From Dermacoccus nishinomiyaensis (GTDB lineage Bacteria > Actinomycetota > Actinomycetes > Actinomycetales > Dermatophilaceae), in assembly GCF_900447535.1 (NCBI RefSeq), contig NZ_UFXX01000002.1, positions 496,561 to 560,560 on the forward strand: a stretch of 64,000 bases of DNA. Reading direction: 5' to 3'. A program made the position numbers and the translations under genes. Every line of letters begins with the position of its first letter. Position 1 is the first letter of the stretch. Below the pieces are notes generated by a model. It ran no database searches, had not been told where the DNA came from, and was given only the letters and a program-made list of their open reading frames with translations. Shown one piece after another: positions 18,521 through 29,867 of the stretch.

Positions 18521-19447
18521 TCAGGAGGCGGAGGTGATCTGGGCGCCGTGGGGAGTGGAGGCGGCGAGGACGTAGTCGTCCGCGAGGTCACCGGCAGCGA
18601 GCACGTTGCGCAGCGCGACGGCGTCCTTGCGGCTCGCCATGAGGAACGCCACCGTCGGGCCCGAACCCGAGACCATCGCGTTGAGGGCACCCATCTCCAG
18701 GCCGAACTCCATCAGGGCGCGCAGCCTCGGCATGAGCGACAGCGCCGCAGGCTCCAGGTCGTTGTGCATGGCGACGGCGACGCCGTGGACGTCACCGGAG
18801 CGGACGCTCGCGAGCAGGCAGTCCGACGGAGAGGGCTCAGGCACGCGGTGGCCCTCCCGCAGCCGGTCGCACTCGGCGTAGACGGCGGGCGTGGACAGCC
18901 CCTCGTGCGTCAGCGCGAACAACCAGTGGTAGGTGCCCGTCGCGAGCACCGGCACGATCTTCTCCCCGCGCCCGGTGCCGAGCGCGGTGCCTCCGGTGAG
19001 GGCGAACGGGACGTCTGAGCCGAGCTGCGCGGCGAGCTCCTCGAGCGTCGCGCGCGACAGGCCGAGCCCCCAGAGCGCGTCGCAGGCGACGAGCGTCGCG
19101 GCGGCGTCTGCCGATCCGCCCGCCATGCCACCAGCCACCGGGATGGCCTTGCGAATCGCGATGGCGCAGCGGCCGTCGACGCCGTACGAGGTGGCCATGA
19201 GCTGCGCCGCTCGCCAGGCCAGGTTCGACTCGTCGCACGGCACGACGTCCGCGCCGAGCCCCGTCACCGTGAGCGAGAACTCGTCGGCCGACGTGACGTC
19301 AACCTCGTCGAACAGGTCGACGGCATGGAACGTCGTCGCGAGGTCGTGAAACCCGTCGGCTCGGCGTGGCCCCACGCACAGCTCGAGGTTGACCTTCGCA
19401 GGCACCCTCACGCTGACGCGGGTGATCTGTGCGCTCGAAGCCGTCAT
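18521..19447 (-). CDS. ispE: 4-diphosphocytidyl-2-C-methyl-D-erythritol kinase
   Basis: GHMP kinase motif PVAGGMAGGSADAAA. It lies in the conserved rpfB-ksgA-ispE order. Confidence 0.9.
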   Translation of the reverse strand: MTASSAQITRVSVRVPAKVNLELCVGPRRADGFHDLATTFHAVDLFDEVDVTSADEFSLTVTGLGADVVPCDESNLAWRAAQLMATSYGVDGRCAIAIRKAIPVAGGMAGGSADAAATLVACDALWGLGLSRATLEELAAQLGSDVPFALTGGTALGTGRGEKIVPVLATGTYHWLFALTHEGLSTPAVYAECDRLREGHRVPEPSPSDCLLASVRSGDVHGVAVAMHNDLEPAALSLMPRLRALMEFGLEMGALNAMVSGSGPTVAFLMASRKDAVALRNVLAAGDLADDYVLAASTPHGAQITSAS

Positions 19448-19545
19448 GCCCCCACCCTATGCATGGACCGCCCTCCGGGCAGCCACCCGAGCCAACAGGC
19501 GCCGTCCGCCACAGTGTTGGGTGGGCATTGCGGCCGGAGGACGAC

Positions 19546-20439
19546 TCAGTCCTGCGTCGCCGCCGCGTGGGCGGAGGCGATGGCGGCGAACTCGTCGATA
19601 CCGAGGCGCTCGCCTCGCGTCCGCGGGTCGATGCCCGCCGCCACGAGTGCCGCCTCGGCCCGGTCGGCGCCGCCCGCCCAGCCGGCGAGGGCAGCCCGCA
19701 GCGTCTTGCGGCGCTGTGCGAACGCGGCGTCGATGCACGCGAAGACCTGTGCGCGCGTCGCCTCCGTCGTCGGCGGGTCACGACGCACGAGCGAGACGAG
19801 ACCCGAATCGACGTTCGGGGCCGGCCAGAAGACGTTGCGTCCGACGCGGTCGGCGAGACGCACGTCGGCGTACCAGGCGGCCTTGACGCTCGGCACGCCG
19901 TAGACCTTGCTGCCCGGCTCAGCTGCGAGGCGCTGCGCGACCTCGAGCTGCACCATGACGAGCACGCGCTGCAGCGACGGGAAATGCTCGAGGAAGTTGA
20001 GGACCACGGGCACCGACACGTTGTACGGCAGGTTCGCGACGAGCGCGGTCGGTGCCGGCTCGAGCGAGTCGACCGTCATCGCATCCGCTTGGACGACGTT
20101 CAGCTTCGATGCGTGCTGCGGCGCGAACCGCTCCACCGTCGCGGGAAGCTGCGCCGCCAGGTTCGGGTCGACCTCGACGACGCTGAGATGCGCGACGGCC
20201 GGCAGCAGCGCGAGCGTCAACGACCCGAGCCCCGGGCCCACCTCGACGACGGTGTCGTCGGCCCCGACCCCTGCCAGGCGGACGATCTTGCGCACCGTGT
20301 TCGGGTCGATGACGAAGTTCTGCCCCCACGTCTTCGTCGGACGCACCCCGTGACGCTCGGCGAGCTCGCGGATGTCGGCGGCACTCAACAGGCCCGTCGT
20401 GTCGTCACGGCCTGCGGGCGTCGCGTCGTCGTCATGCAT
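19546..20439 (-). CDS. rsmA: 16S rRNA (adenine1518/1519-N6)-dimethyltransferase
   Basis: SAM-binding [12 protein letters not shown] and the NLPYNVS motif. Confidence 0.9.
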   Translation of the reverse strand: MHDDDATPAGRDDTTGLLSAADIRELAERHGVRPTKTWGQNFVIDPNTVRKIVRLAGVGADDTVVEVGPGLGSLTLALLPAVAHLSVVEVDPNLAAQLPATVERFAPQHASKLNVVQADAMTVDSLEPAPTALVANLPYNVSVPVVLNFLEHFPSLQRVLVMVQLEVAQRLAAEPGSKVYGVPSVKAAWYADVRLADRVGRNVFWPAPNVDSGLVSLVRRDPPTTEATRAQVFACIDAAFAQRRKTLRAALAGWAGGADRAEAALVAAGIDPRTRGERLGIDEFAAIASAHAAATQD

Positions 20440-20537
20440 GACGCCAACCCTATCGGCACATGCGAAGACCCGGCCCGCCCCACGAGGGGACGAGCCGGGT
20501 CTTCATGACCGGGCGCGCGGTGCGCGTCAGGTGTCGA

Positions 20538-21782
<1,245 letters not shown>

Positions 21783-21887
21783 TCAGGTGCGGCATCCCGG
21801 GAAATCTTCCGCTGCAGTGGGATTCGTCACACGCGGTGCCAGCCCCCTTGCGTCGATCGCTGCGCTATGGAATCACGCGCGTGACGC

Positions 21888-22739
21888 TCACCACGGCCCG
21901 TAGACGCGCTCGGACGTCTCCGACAACGCCGCACACAGCGCCGGGACGTCGACGTTCTTGACCTCGGCGAGCGCTCGCACCGTCAGCGGCACGAGGTACG
22001 GCGCATTGGTCGCCCCGCGGTGCGGCGACGGCGTCAGGTACGGCGCATCCGTCTCGACGAGGAGCTGCTCGAGCGGCACCTGTGCGAGTGCCGCCCTCAG
22101 TTCGCGGGCGTTCTTGAACGTCACGACGCCGGCGACGCTGACGTAATAGCCGCGCTCGACGCACTCGCGCGCCATCGCGACATCACCGCTGAAGCAGTGC
22201 AGGACGGTCTTCTCAGGCGCGCCCTGCTCGGCGAGGATGCGCATGACGTCCTCGTGCGCCTCACGGTCGTGGATCTGCAGCGCCTTGCCGAAGCGCTTGG
22301 CGAGCTCGATGTGCCACCGGAAACTCTCCTGCTGCACCGCGACGCCGTCGGGGCCGGTGCGGAAGTAGTCGAGCCCGCTCTCACCGACGACACGCACCCG
22401 CGGGTGGGCCGCGATGCGCTCGATTTCGGCGTATGCGGCGTCGAGCTCGCCCGCGGCGTACAGCTTGGGCGCCTCGTTGGGGTGCAGCGCGACGCCGCCG
22501 AGCAATTCGGGGTGGGCGTCGATGACGCGCTCGGTGAAGCGCGCGCCCGCAAGATCACACCCCACCTGCACCATCCGATCGACGCCGACCGCGACGGCCT
22601 CGTCGATGACGGCGCGCACGTCGGGTGGCGCGCCGCCGTCACGGGAGATGTCGAGGTGAGTGTGATTGTCGACGACCGGTGACGGCAGCGGCTGCGGCGG
22701 CGTCGGCTTGTCGCTGCGGCGCAGGTTTGGGTCGCTCAC
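21888..22739 (-). CDS. tatD: TatD family metal-dependent DNase/hydrolase
   Basis: VVDNHTHLD...HCFSG...ETDAPYL motifs. Confidence 0.88.
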   Translation of the reverse strand: MSDPNLRRSDKPTPPQPLPSPVVDNHTHLDISRDGGAPPDVRAVIDEAVAVGVDRMVQVGCDLAGARFTERVIDAHPELLGGVALHPNEAPKLYAAGELDAAYAEIERIAAHPRVRVVGESGLDYFRTGPDGVAVQQESFRWHIELAKRFGKALQIHDREAHEDVMRILAEQGAPEKTVLHCFSGDVAMARECVERGYYVSVAGVVTFKNARELRAALAQVPLEQLLVETDAPYLTPSPHRGATNAPYLVPLTVRALAEVKNVDVPALCAALSETSERVYGPW

Positions 22740-24670
22740 GCCGAGATGTTCATTCGCTCGAGTTCCTCCTCGACCACCGCCGGGTCGAACTTCTTGAACG
22801 CCGGCTTCGGCTTCGCGATCGGCGTGCCCGGCGCGGCGTCACGCGGCTGCCAGCGCGGCGTGGCCGAGTACTCGCCCGTGATGATGCGGTACGGACGTCC
22901 GTCGTCGAGGTCGGTGACCTCCTTCGCGACCGGCATCGGCATGAACTCCCCCTCACCGCCCATGACCTCGTGCACGAGATTCGCGGAGAACGGCACGAAC
23001 GGCGCCATCATCGTGTTGAGGTCGACGACGCACTGCGCGAGCGTGTGCAGCACCGTCGCGAGACGCTCCCGCTCGTCCTCACCCTTGAGCTTGAACGGCT
23101 CCGTCACCGCGACGTACCGGTTGACCTCGCCGACGAGACGCATCGTCTCCGTGAGGGCCGCCTTGAGACGGTTGCGCTCGATGAGCGCACCCACCGTCGC
23201 GAACCCGCCGCGCACCGCGTCGAGCACCTCGCGGTCGACATCGGCCAACTCGGACGGCGCCGGGATCTCACCGAAGTTCTTGTGGATCATGCTCGCCGCA
23301 CGATTGACGAGATTGCCCCAGCCCGCGACGAGTTCCGAGTTGTTGCGCTGCACGAACTCGGCCCACGTGAAGTCCGCGTCCTGACTCTCGGGGCCGGCCG
23401 CGACGATGAAGTACCGCAACGGATCGGGACCGTAGCGCTCCAGCACGTCCTTGACGTAGATGACATGCCCCCGACTCGTCGAGAACTGCTTGCCCTCCAT
23501 CGTCATGAACTCGGACGAGACGACCTCCGACGGCAGGTTGAGATGCCCGAAAGGACTCTCCACCCCGCCCTTCGCGCCCTCGCCATTCGCAGCAAGAAGC
23601 TCAGCGGGCCAGATCTGCGAATGAAAGACGATGTTGTCCTTCCCCATGAAGTACTTGGAAACCGCGACTCCGTCGCTGTTTCCAAGTACTTCCGATGCCT
23701 TCTGGGCTCCGACGCTGCCCTCGTCGGACGTCGCACGCTCCGCCCGAGCGAGCTCCGCATCTCCACCCGTGCTCGCTGCGCTCGTCGCGTCGCCCGTGCT
23801 CGCAGGCGCGTTCCACCACTCGCGCCACTTGTCGGGCTCGCCGAGGCGACGTGCCCACTCGATCGAGGCCGACAAGTAGCCGACGACGGCGTCGAACCAC
23901 ACGTACAGACGCTTCGTCGGCTGCTCGCGCCACCCGTCGAGCGGCACGGGAATGCCCCAGTCGATGTCGCGCGTCATCGCGCGCGGACGGATCTCCTCGA
24001 GGATGTTCTGGCTGAACTTGATGACGTTCGGGCGCCACGTGCCCGTCGCCTCACGCCCGTCGAGCCACGACGACAACGCGTCCGCGAGCGCCGGCAGGTC
24101 GAGGAAGAAGTGCTGCGTCTCGATGAACTCCGGCGTCTCACCGTTGATCTTGGAACGCGGATCGATGAGATCCGTCGGGTCGAGCTGGTTGCCGCAGTTG
24201 TCGCACTGATCGCCGCGCGCCTCCGCGTACTTGCAGATCGGGCACGTGCCCTCGATGTACCGATCCGGCAGGGTTCGCCCCGTCGACGGGCTGATGGCGC
24301 CCGACGTCGTCTGCTCGACCATGTACCCGTTCTCGTGCAGCGCGAGGAACAGCTTCTGCACCACCTCGTAGTGGTTCGCCGTCGTCGTGCGCGTGAACAG
24401 GTCGTAGCTGAGGCCGAGGCCGACGAGGTCGTCGACGATGATGCTCGCGTTCTCGTCCGCGAACTCCTGCGGCGTCTTGCCCGCCTTCTCCGCCATGATG
24501 ACGATCGGCGTGCCGTGCTCGTCGGTGCCCGAGACCATGAGCACGTCATGACCCGCCATGCGCATGTACCGGCTGTAGACGTCGGAGGGCACACCGAAAC
24601 CGGCGACGTGCCCGATGTGGCGGGGGCCGTTGGCGTACGGCCAGGCAACAGCGGAGAGAACCTTGGTCAT
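22736..24670 (-). CDS. metG: Methionyl-tRNA synthetase, carrying a lineage-specific low-complexity insertion of about 45 aa.
   Basis: [13 protein letters not shown] (HIGH) and [11 protein letters not shown] (KMSKS) motifs. The insertion lies before [12 protein letters not shown]. Confidence 0.92.
   Translation of the reverse strand: MTKVLSAVAWPYANGPRHIGHVAGFGVPSDVYSRYMRMAGHDVLMVSGTDEHGTPIVIMAEKAGKTPQEFADENASIIVDDLVGLGLSYDLFTRTTTANHYEVVQKLFLALHENGYMVEQTTSGAISPSTGRTLPDRYIEGTCPICKYAEARGDQCDNCGNQLDPTDLIDPRSKINGETPEFIETQHFFLDLPALADALSSWLDGREATGTWRPNVIKFSQNILEEIRPRAMTRDIDWGIPVPLDGWREQPTKRLYVWFDAVVGYLSASIEWARRLGEPDKWREWWNAPASTGDATSAASTGGDAELARAERATSDEGSVGAQKASEVLGNSDGVAVSKYFMGKDNIVFHSQIWPAELLAANGEGAKGGVESPFGHLNLPSEVVSSEFMTMEGKQFSTSRGHVIYVKDVLERYGPDPLRYFIVAAGPESQDADFTWAEFVQRNNSELVAGWGNLVNRAASMIHKNFGEIPAPSELADVDREVLDAVRGGFATVGALIERNRLKAALTETMRLVGEVNRYVAVTEPFKLKGEDERERLATVLHTLAQCVVDLNTMMAPFVPFSANLVHEVMGGEGEFMPMPVAKEVTDLDDGRPYRIITGEYSATPRWQPRDAAPGTPIAKPKPAFKKFDPAVVEEELERMNISA
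23648..23692. repeat. 45-bp hairpin palindrome lying in-frame inside the metG insertion, with 15-bp perfect arms and an inner 5-bp inverted repeat.
   Basis: GAAGTACTTGGAAAC cgcgactccgtcgct GTTTCCAAGTACTTC. It makes two antisense ORFs in the track share the peptide KYLETAT. Confidence 0.8.
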
Positions 24671-24773
24671 GGCCCCATCCTAGGAGTCGCCGCCGACAAC
24701 CGCTTTCTCGTGTCATCGCCACGGCCGCACCATGAGGTCAAGGCGGCGAGGGGCACATGGCGCCGAGATCGAC

Positions 24774-25757
24774 TCAGTGCAGGCTGCTCTCGTGAGCCGC
24801 GTGGCTCGCGGGCTCGAACTGCAGCGTCGAGTGGTCGACGTCGAAGTGGCCTACGAGGCACTCGAGCACCTCGTCGAGCAGCCGCGGGGCGTGCCCGTCG
24901 TGAAAGCACTCGTCGTCGATGACGAGGTGCGCCGACAATGCCGGCAGGTCGCTCGTCACGCTCCACACGTGCAGGTCATGCACGTCGCGCACGTGATCGA
25001 CCTCGAGCATGTGCGCGCGGATCGCCTCGACGTCCGTACCGTCCGGCGCGCCCTCGAGCAGCACGCGCCCGGCCTGCGCGACGAGCCCTGCCCCCGCGTG
25101 GAACATGAGAGCGACGACGACGAGCGTCGCGACGGCGTCGGCGCGCATCCACCCCGTCGCCCAGATGACGACGGCGGCCACGGCCGTACCGATGAACCCG
25201 TACAGGTCGGTGATGATGTGACGGTACGCGCCCTCGACGTTGAGCGACGTCCGGTTCGCGCGGGCGAGCAGCATGCCCGCGGCGACGTTGACGACGACGC
25301 CCGCCAGGGCGACCGCGAGGACGGGTTTCGGCTCGACCTGCGGCGGGTCGACGAGGCGCCGCACCGCCTCGACGAGCAGCACCGCACCGAGCAGCAACAA
25401 CGTGATGCCGTTGCCGAGGCCGGAGAGGATCTCGGCGCGCTTGAACCCGAACGTCAACCGCGCGTTGGCGGGCTTCGCAGCGAGGTGGATCGCCCACAGC
25501 GCCAACGCGATGGCGGCGGCATCCGTCAGCATGTGCGCCGCGTCCGACAGCAGCGCGAGCGAACCCGTCGCGAAGGCCACGACGACCTCGGCGAGCATGT
25601 AGAGCACGAGCAGCGCGAGGGCTGCGCTCAGGTAGCGCCGGTCGGCGTCAGCACTCGGAGCATGGCTGTGGGCGTGGCCGCCATGTCCGTGGCCGTCATG
25701 CGCAGCCTGCTGCTCATGGGCCTCGCGCCCGTCATGCGATTCGTGTCGTGTGCCCAC
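24774..25757 (-). CDS. Cation diffusion facilitator (CzcD/ZitB-like) Zn/Co/Cd efflux transporter with a His-rich N-terminus.
   Basis: N-terminal HESHDGREAHEQQAAHDGHGHGGHAHSH, six TM segments, and the HMLTDAAAI / H..D motifs. Confidence 0.88.
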   Translation of the reverse strand: MGTRHESHDGREAHEQQAAHDGHGHGGHAHSHAPSADADRRYLSAALALLVLYMLAEVVVAFATGSLALLSDAAHMLTDAAAIALALWAIHLAAKPANARLTFGFKRAEILSGLGNGITLLLLGAVLLVEAVRRLVDPPQVEPKPVLAVALAGVVVNVAAGMLLARANRTSLNVEGAYRHIITDLYGFIGTAVAAVVIWATGWMRADAVATLVVVALMFHAGAGLVAQAGRVLLEGAPDGTDVEAIRAHMLEVDHVRDVHDLHVWSVTSDLPALSAHLVIDDECFHDGHAPRLLDEVLECLVGHFDVDHSTLQFEPASHAAHESSLH

Positions 25758-25969
25758 GCGCCACCTCCTCGGTCGGCACGATGCTAACGGCCCTCATCGA
25801 CGGCTGAGTCACGTGATGCGCGCTGCGTCAGTCCTGACTGACTCGACGCGCATCATGTGACTCAGCTGCACCGGCGTCGTTCGGGGGAATGCCCGCGGCT
25901 GTGCCAGAGTTGACGCAGTGTTTCGCCGGGGCCGGAGGCGCCGGCGGTCGTTGACCCGAAGGACGTGCC

Positions 25970-26566
25970 ATGTTCGCAGCGCTCACCGGGGCGGGCCTGT
26001 CCGCCGCCGCCGGTCTCAACGCCTACATCCCGTATCTCGTCGTCGCTCTGCTCGCGCGCTTCACCGACGTGATCACGCTGCCCTCCGGGTTCTCGTGGGT
26101 CGAGAGCACGCCGTCGATCGTCATCGCGTCGATCCTGCTCGTGGGCGAGATCATCGTCGACAAGATCCCGGCCCTCGACAGCGTCAACGATGCGCTCGGC
26201 ACGATCGTGCGCCCCGCCTCGGGCGCCGTCGTCTTCGCGGGGACGGCGGCCGCCGCGAACCTCGACAACTCGCCGTGGATGACGCAGCATCCGTGGGTCG
26301 GCCTCATCGGCGGCGCCATCGTCGCGGGCATCTTTCACACGGGAAAGGCCGCCGCGCGCCCCGTCGCGAACGTCGGGACGGGTGGGTTCGCCGCGCCCGT
26401 CCTGTCGACGGCGGAGGACGCGACGTCGATCCTGCTCAGCCTCGCGGCCGTCTTCGCGCCGATCCTCGCGCTCGTGCTGCTCGCCGTCGTCGCGTGGGTG
26501 ATGTGGCGGCTGTGGCGCCGGGTCGTCGCAATGCGTGAGCGCCGCGCCGCGCGCGCCGCGGTCTGA
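25970..26566 (+). CDS. DUF4126-like integral membrane protein
   Basis: 198-aa hydrophobic protein. GLNAYIPYLVVALLARF is typical of DUF4126. Confidence 0.55.
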   Translation: MFAALTGAGLSAAAGLNAYIPYLVVALLARFTDVITLPSGFSWVESTPSIVIASILLVGEIIVDKIPALDSVNDALGTIVRPASGAVVFAGTAAAANLDNSPWMTQHPWVGLIGGAIVAGIFHTGKAAARPVANVGTGGFAAPVLSTAEDATSILLSLAAVFAPILALVLLAVVAWVMWRLWRRVVAMRERRAARAAV

Positions 26567-26984
26567 GAGCGCCCGGCCCATGTCGTTTCCCGCCCTCGCC
26601 GCCGACTCCGCGCTCGAACACCGCCTTCGGCGCCGTCGTCTCGTGCGCAACATCGTCGCGGCGCTCGTCATCGCGCTCGTCGTGTTCGGGGTGATGCGGA
26701 CGTGGCACGCCGTCACCGCCTCGGGTCAGAACCCGCACGTCGCGACGAAGACGGTGACGCTCATCGCCGCCGAACCGCGAGACGACGGCGTCCACGTGCG
26801 GGCGCGACTCGACGCGCCGTCGGTCGATGCGACCTCACACGAACTCGAAGCCGTCATCCCGACCGCGACGTGGAACCTCACCCATGCGCTGTGGGCCTGC
26901 TACCCCCCGAACGACCCGGCCCGCGGCAGCCTGCGCACGCCCCTCGACCCCGGTTGCGTGTACTTCGTCGACGCCCAGGACTGA
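26535..26984 (+). CDS. Hypothetical membrane-anchored protein; the start is uncertain and is probably MSFPALAAD at about 26580.
   Basis: Single TM segment (IVAALVIALVVFGV) followed by a soluble domain. Confidence 0.45.
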   Translation: MSAAPRAPRSESARPMSFPALAADSALEHRLRRRRLVRNIVAALVIALVVFGVMRTWHAVTASGQNPHVATKTVTLIAAEPRDDGVHVRARLDAPSVDATSHELEAVIPTATWNLTHALWACYPPNDPARGSLRTPLDPGCVYFVDAQD

Positions 26985-27019
26985 CGACCGGGCCTGCGGT
27001 TGCTCGGGGGCGCTAACCG

Positions 27020-27862
27020 TCAGCGCGCCGCGAGAGCAGCGTCGTACAGGGTCTTCTTGGACAGGCCGCTCGCCTGGGCGACCTGGCCGCACGCGTCCTT
27101 GAGCCGCACTCCCCCGGCGACGAGATCGAGCACCGTCGCGACCGCATCCTCGAGCGACGCCTCGCGAGGTTCGGCACCCTCGACGACGACGGTGATCTCG
27201 CCGCGTGCCCCGTCGAGGGCCCACGCCGCGAGTTCGCGCAGACCACCGCGGCGGACCTCCTCGTACGTCTTCGTCAGTTCACGACAGACCGCGCCGCGCC
27301 GCTCGTCGCCGAACGCGTCGGCCATCGCCTCGAGCGTCACCGCCAAACGGTGCGGCGCCTCGAAGAACACCATCGTGCGTGCCTCGTCGGCGAGCGCCGC
27401 GAGCATGCGGGCGCGTTCGCCGGCCTTGCGCGGCAGGAACCCCTCGAAGCAGAACCGGTCGACGGGCAGCCCTGACACCGCGAGCGCCATGAGTACGGCT
27501 GACGGGCCGGGCACGCACGTCACCGTCAGGTCGCGTTCGACACACGCGGCGACGAGGCGGTACCCCGGGTCGCTGACGCTCGGCATCCCGGCGTCGGTGA
27601 CGAGCAGGACGCGTTCGCCTGCGGCGATGCGCTCGACGATCTCGCCCGTGCGCTGGGCCTCGTTGTGCTCGTGGTAGCTCATCATCGACCCGCTCGGGGT
27701 GACGCCCAGCGCGTCGCAGAGCCGCTTCGTCCGCCGCGTGTCCTCCGCGAGGATCAGCGGCGCGCTCGCGAGTTCGTGGGTGAGACGCGGTGCCGCGTCC
27801 GTCGGGTCGCCGATCGGCGTCGCGGCGAGAACGAGGGCGGGGACGGGTGCTTCGGTACTCAC
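27020..27862 (-). CDS. rsmI: 16S rRNA (cytidine1402-2'-O)-methyltransferase
   Basis: LVLAATPIGDPTDAAPRL...ILAEDTRRTKRL TP-methylase fold motifs. Confidence 0.88.
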   Translation of the reverse strand: MSTEAPVPALVLAATPIGDPTDAAPRLTHELASAPLILAEDTRRTKRLCDALGVTPSGSMMSYHEHNEAQRTGEIVERIAAGERVLLVTDAGMPSVSDPGYRLVAACVERDLTVTCVPGPSAVLMALAVSGLPVDRFCFEGFLPRKAGERARMLAALADEARTMVFFEAPHRLAVTLEAMADAFGDERRGAVCRELTKTYEEVRRGGLRELAAWALDGARGEITVVVEGAEPREASLEDAVATVLDLVAGGVRLKDACGQVAQASGLSKKTLYDAALAAR

Positions 27863-28031
27863 GCGGCCATGGTGTCACGCTGGCGCAGGCGCGCCTCGTG
27901 CCCGCCGCGGGTCGACCTGGGTCACGGGGCGTGACGTCGGAGCGGGCCCCTCCTGTCAGTGCCACCGACTACGCTGGCCAACCGGGGCAGACCGTCCCAC
28001 CGCCAGCCCGCGAGGATCGAGGACGCCACCG

Positions 28032-29708
28032 GTGAACGCCACCCTGACTGACGCCCCGTCGTCCGCCACCCGCGTCGACACCGACGGCCATCCCGACCGT
28101 GACGAGTTGATGCTGCGCGAGCGCCTGCTCGGCGCCCCGGCGAGTGCGCAGCAGAAGCTGTGGAGCTGGTTCGGCCCCCTGACGGTCATGCTGATCGGCG
28201 GTTTGCTGCGGCTGTGGGATCTGGGGCGCCCGCACCAGCTGATCTTCGACGAGACGTATTACGTCAAGCAGGGCTGGTCGATGATCCTGTACGGCCACGA
28301 ACGCAAGACGCCCGCGAACATGCCGGAGCCGGACGCGTTCTTCACGCACGGCCAGGTGCCGACCGTATACGGCACCGAACCCGACTTCATCGTCCATCCG
28401 CCGTTCGGCAAATGGATGATCGGCGCAGGCGAGCACCTGTTCGGCATCACCTCCTCGTTCGGCTGGCGCATCGCAGTGGCACTCACCGGCACGCTCGCGA
28501 TCCTGCTCGTCGGGCGCGCGGCCTGGCACCTGTTCCGCTCGGCGACGCTCGCGACGATCGCGGCGCTGCTGACCGCGTTCGAGGGCATGGAATTCGTCAT
28601 GTCGCGCACGTCGATCCTCGACGGGCTCGTCAGCTTCTGGGCTCTCGCCGGGTTCGTCGCGATCCTCGCCGACCGCGACCGCAGCCGTCGGATCCTCGCG
28701 CGCAAGGTCGCGCAGCTGCGTCGTGACGGCGACTGGTCGCTCGATGCGAAGCAGCGCCTCGCCGGCCCGTCGCTCGGCCTGCGCCCGTGGCGCTGGGTCG
28801 CCGCCGTGTGCCTCGGCCTCGGCATGGCGACGAAGTGGTCCGACGGGTTCTATCTCGCCGCGATCGGTCTGCTCACCGTGTTCTGGGATCTCGGAGCGCG
28901 CCGCGCCGTCGGCGTCCGCCGCTGGCTCTCGGCGACCGTCATCAAGGACGCCGTCACCGGGGCGCTCATCATCGTCCCCACGGCATGCCTGACATATCTG
29001 CTCACCTGGGCCGGATGGTTCCACTCGAACGACGCCTGGGGACGCAACTGGGCCGCGAGCAACCCGACGACCAAGAACACCGGGTTCGCACCCGATTCGA
29101 GCCTGTTCTCGTGGCTGCCCGACAGCCTGCGCAGCCTGTGGCAGTACCACATCCAGATGTACGACTCGGCGGAGAGCATCACGTCGCCACACACGTATCA
29201 GTCGAACCCGTGGTCGTGGATGGCGCAGACACGCCCCACCTCGTTCTTCTACGAGGCGCCTGCGAAGGGCGATCAGGGGTGCTCGGTCACGGAATGCTCC
29301 AAGGCGATCACCTCGCTCGGTAACGTCAGCATCTGGTGGTTCGGCATCGCCGCCCTGCTCGTGTGCGTCTTCATGTGGGCGCTGCGCCGCGACTGGCGTG
29401 CCGGGACGCTCATCGCACTCGTGCTCGCCGGATGGCTGCCCTGGTTCAGCTATCAGGAGCGCACCGTCTTCACGTTCTACGCGGTCGTGTTCGCGCCCTA
29501 CGTCATCCTGGCCGTCACGTACTGCCTGGGCTTGATCCTCGGACCCGCCACCGCGAGCCTGCGACGGCGACGCATCGGCGCCGGCGTCGTCGGTGCGTAC
29601 GTCGTGCTCGCCGTCGCGACGTTCGTCTTCTTCTGGCCGATCTACACCGCGCAGGTCATCCCCCACGACCACTGGAGCTGGCGGATGTGGCTGCCGTCCT
29701 GGATCTGA
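28032..29708 (+). CDS. pmt: Protein O-mannosyltransferase (GT39, dolichyl/polyprenyl-phosphate-mannose dependent)
   Basis: DETYYVKQGWSM loop-1 DE motif with multiple TM segments. Adjacent to rsmI, as in mycobacteria. GTG start at 28032. Confidence 0.85.
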   Translation: MNATLTDAPSSATRVDTDGHPDRDELMLRERLLGAPASAQQKLWSWFGPLTVMLIGGLLRLWDLGRPHQLIFDETYYVKQGWSMILYGHERKTPANMPEPDAFFTHGQVPTVYGTEPDFIVHPPFGKWMIGAGEHLFGITSSFGWRIAVALTGTLAILLVGRAAWHLFRSATLATIAALLTAFEGMEFVMSRTSILDGLVSFWALAGFVAILADRDRSRRILARKVAQLRRDGDWSLDAKQRLAGPSLGLRPWRWVAAVCLGLGMATKWSDGFYLAAIGLLTVFWDLGARRAVGVRRWLSATVIKDAVTGALIIVPTACLTYLLTWAGWFHSNDAWGRNWAASNPTTKNTGFAPDSSLFSWLPDSLRSLWQYHIQMYDSAESITSPHTYQSNPWSWMAQTRPTSFFYEAPAKGDQGCSVTECSKAITSLGNVSIWWFGIAALLVCVFMWALRRDWRAGTLIALVLAGWLPWFSYQERTVFTFYAVVFAPYVILAVTYCLGLILGPATASLRRRRIGAGVVGAYVVLAVATFVFFWPIYTAQVIPHDHWSWRMWLPSWI

Positions 29709-29867
29709 CGGGGGCTTCCGGCGCGGGTCGCGTACCGACCGGCGGTCGAGGCTCGTGATGCCGGCGGCGGAGCCCGCGGCTTCGCCGATCACCAATGCGC
29801 GACCTCTCATCATGCTATGACTCAGGTCACGATCTGGGTACGAATCGGGTGACGCGCGGCGGGGCGT

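Noticed and set aside
22625-24922. 765-aa plus-strand ORF and other Arg-rich ORFs over metG.
   Set aside because: They are antisense to the MetRS gene, which has HIGH and KMSKS motifs.
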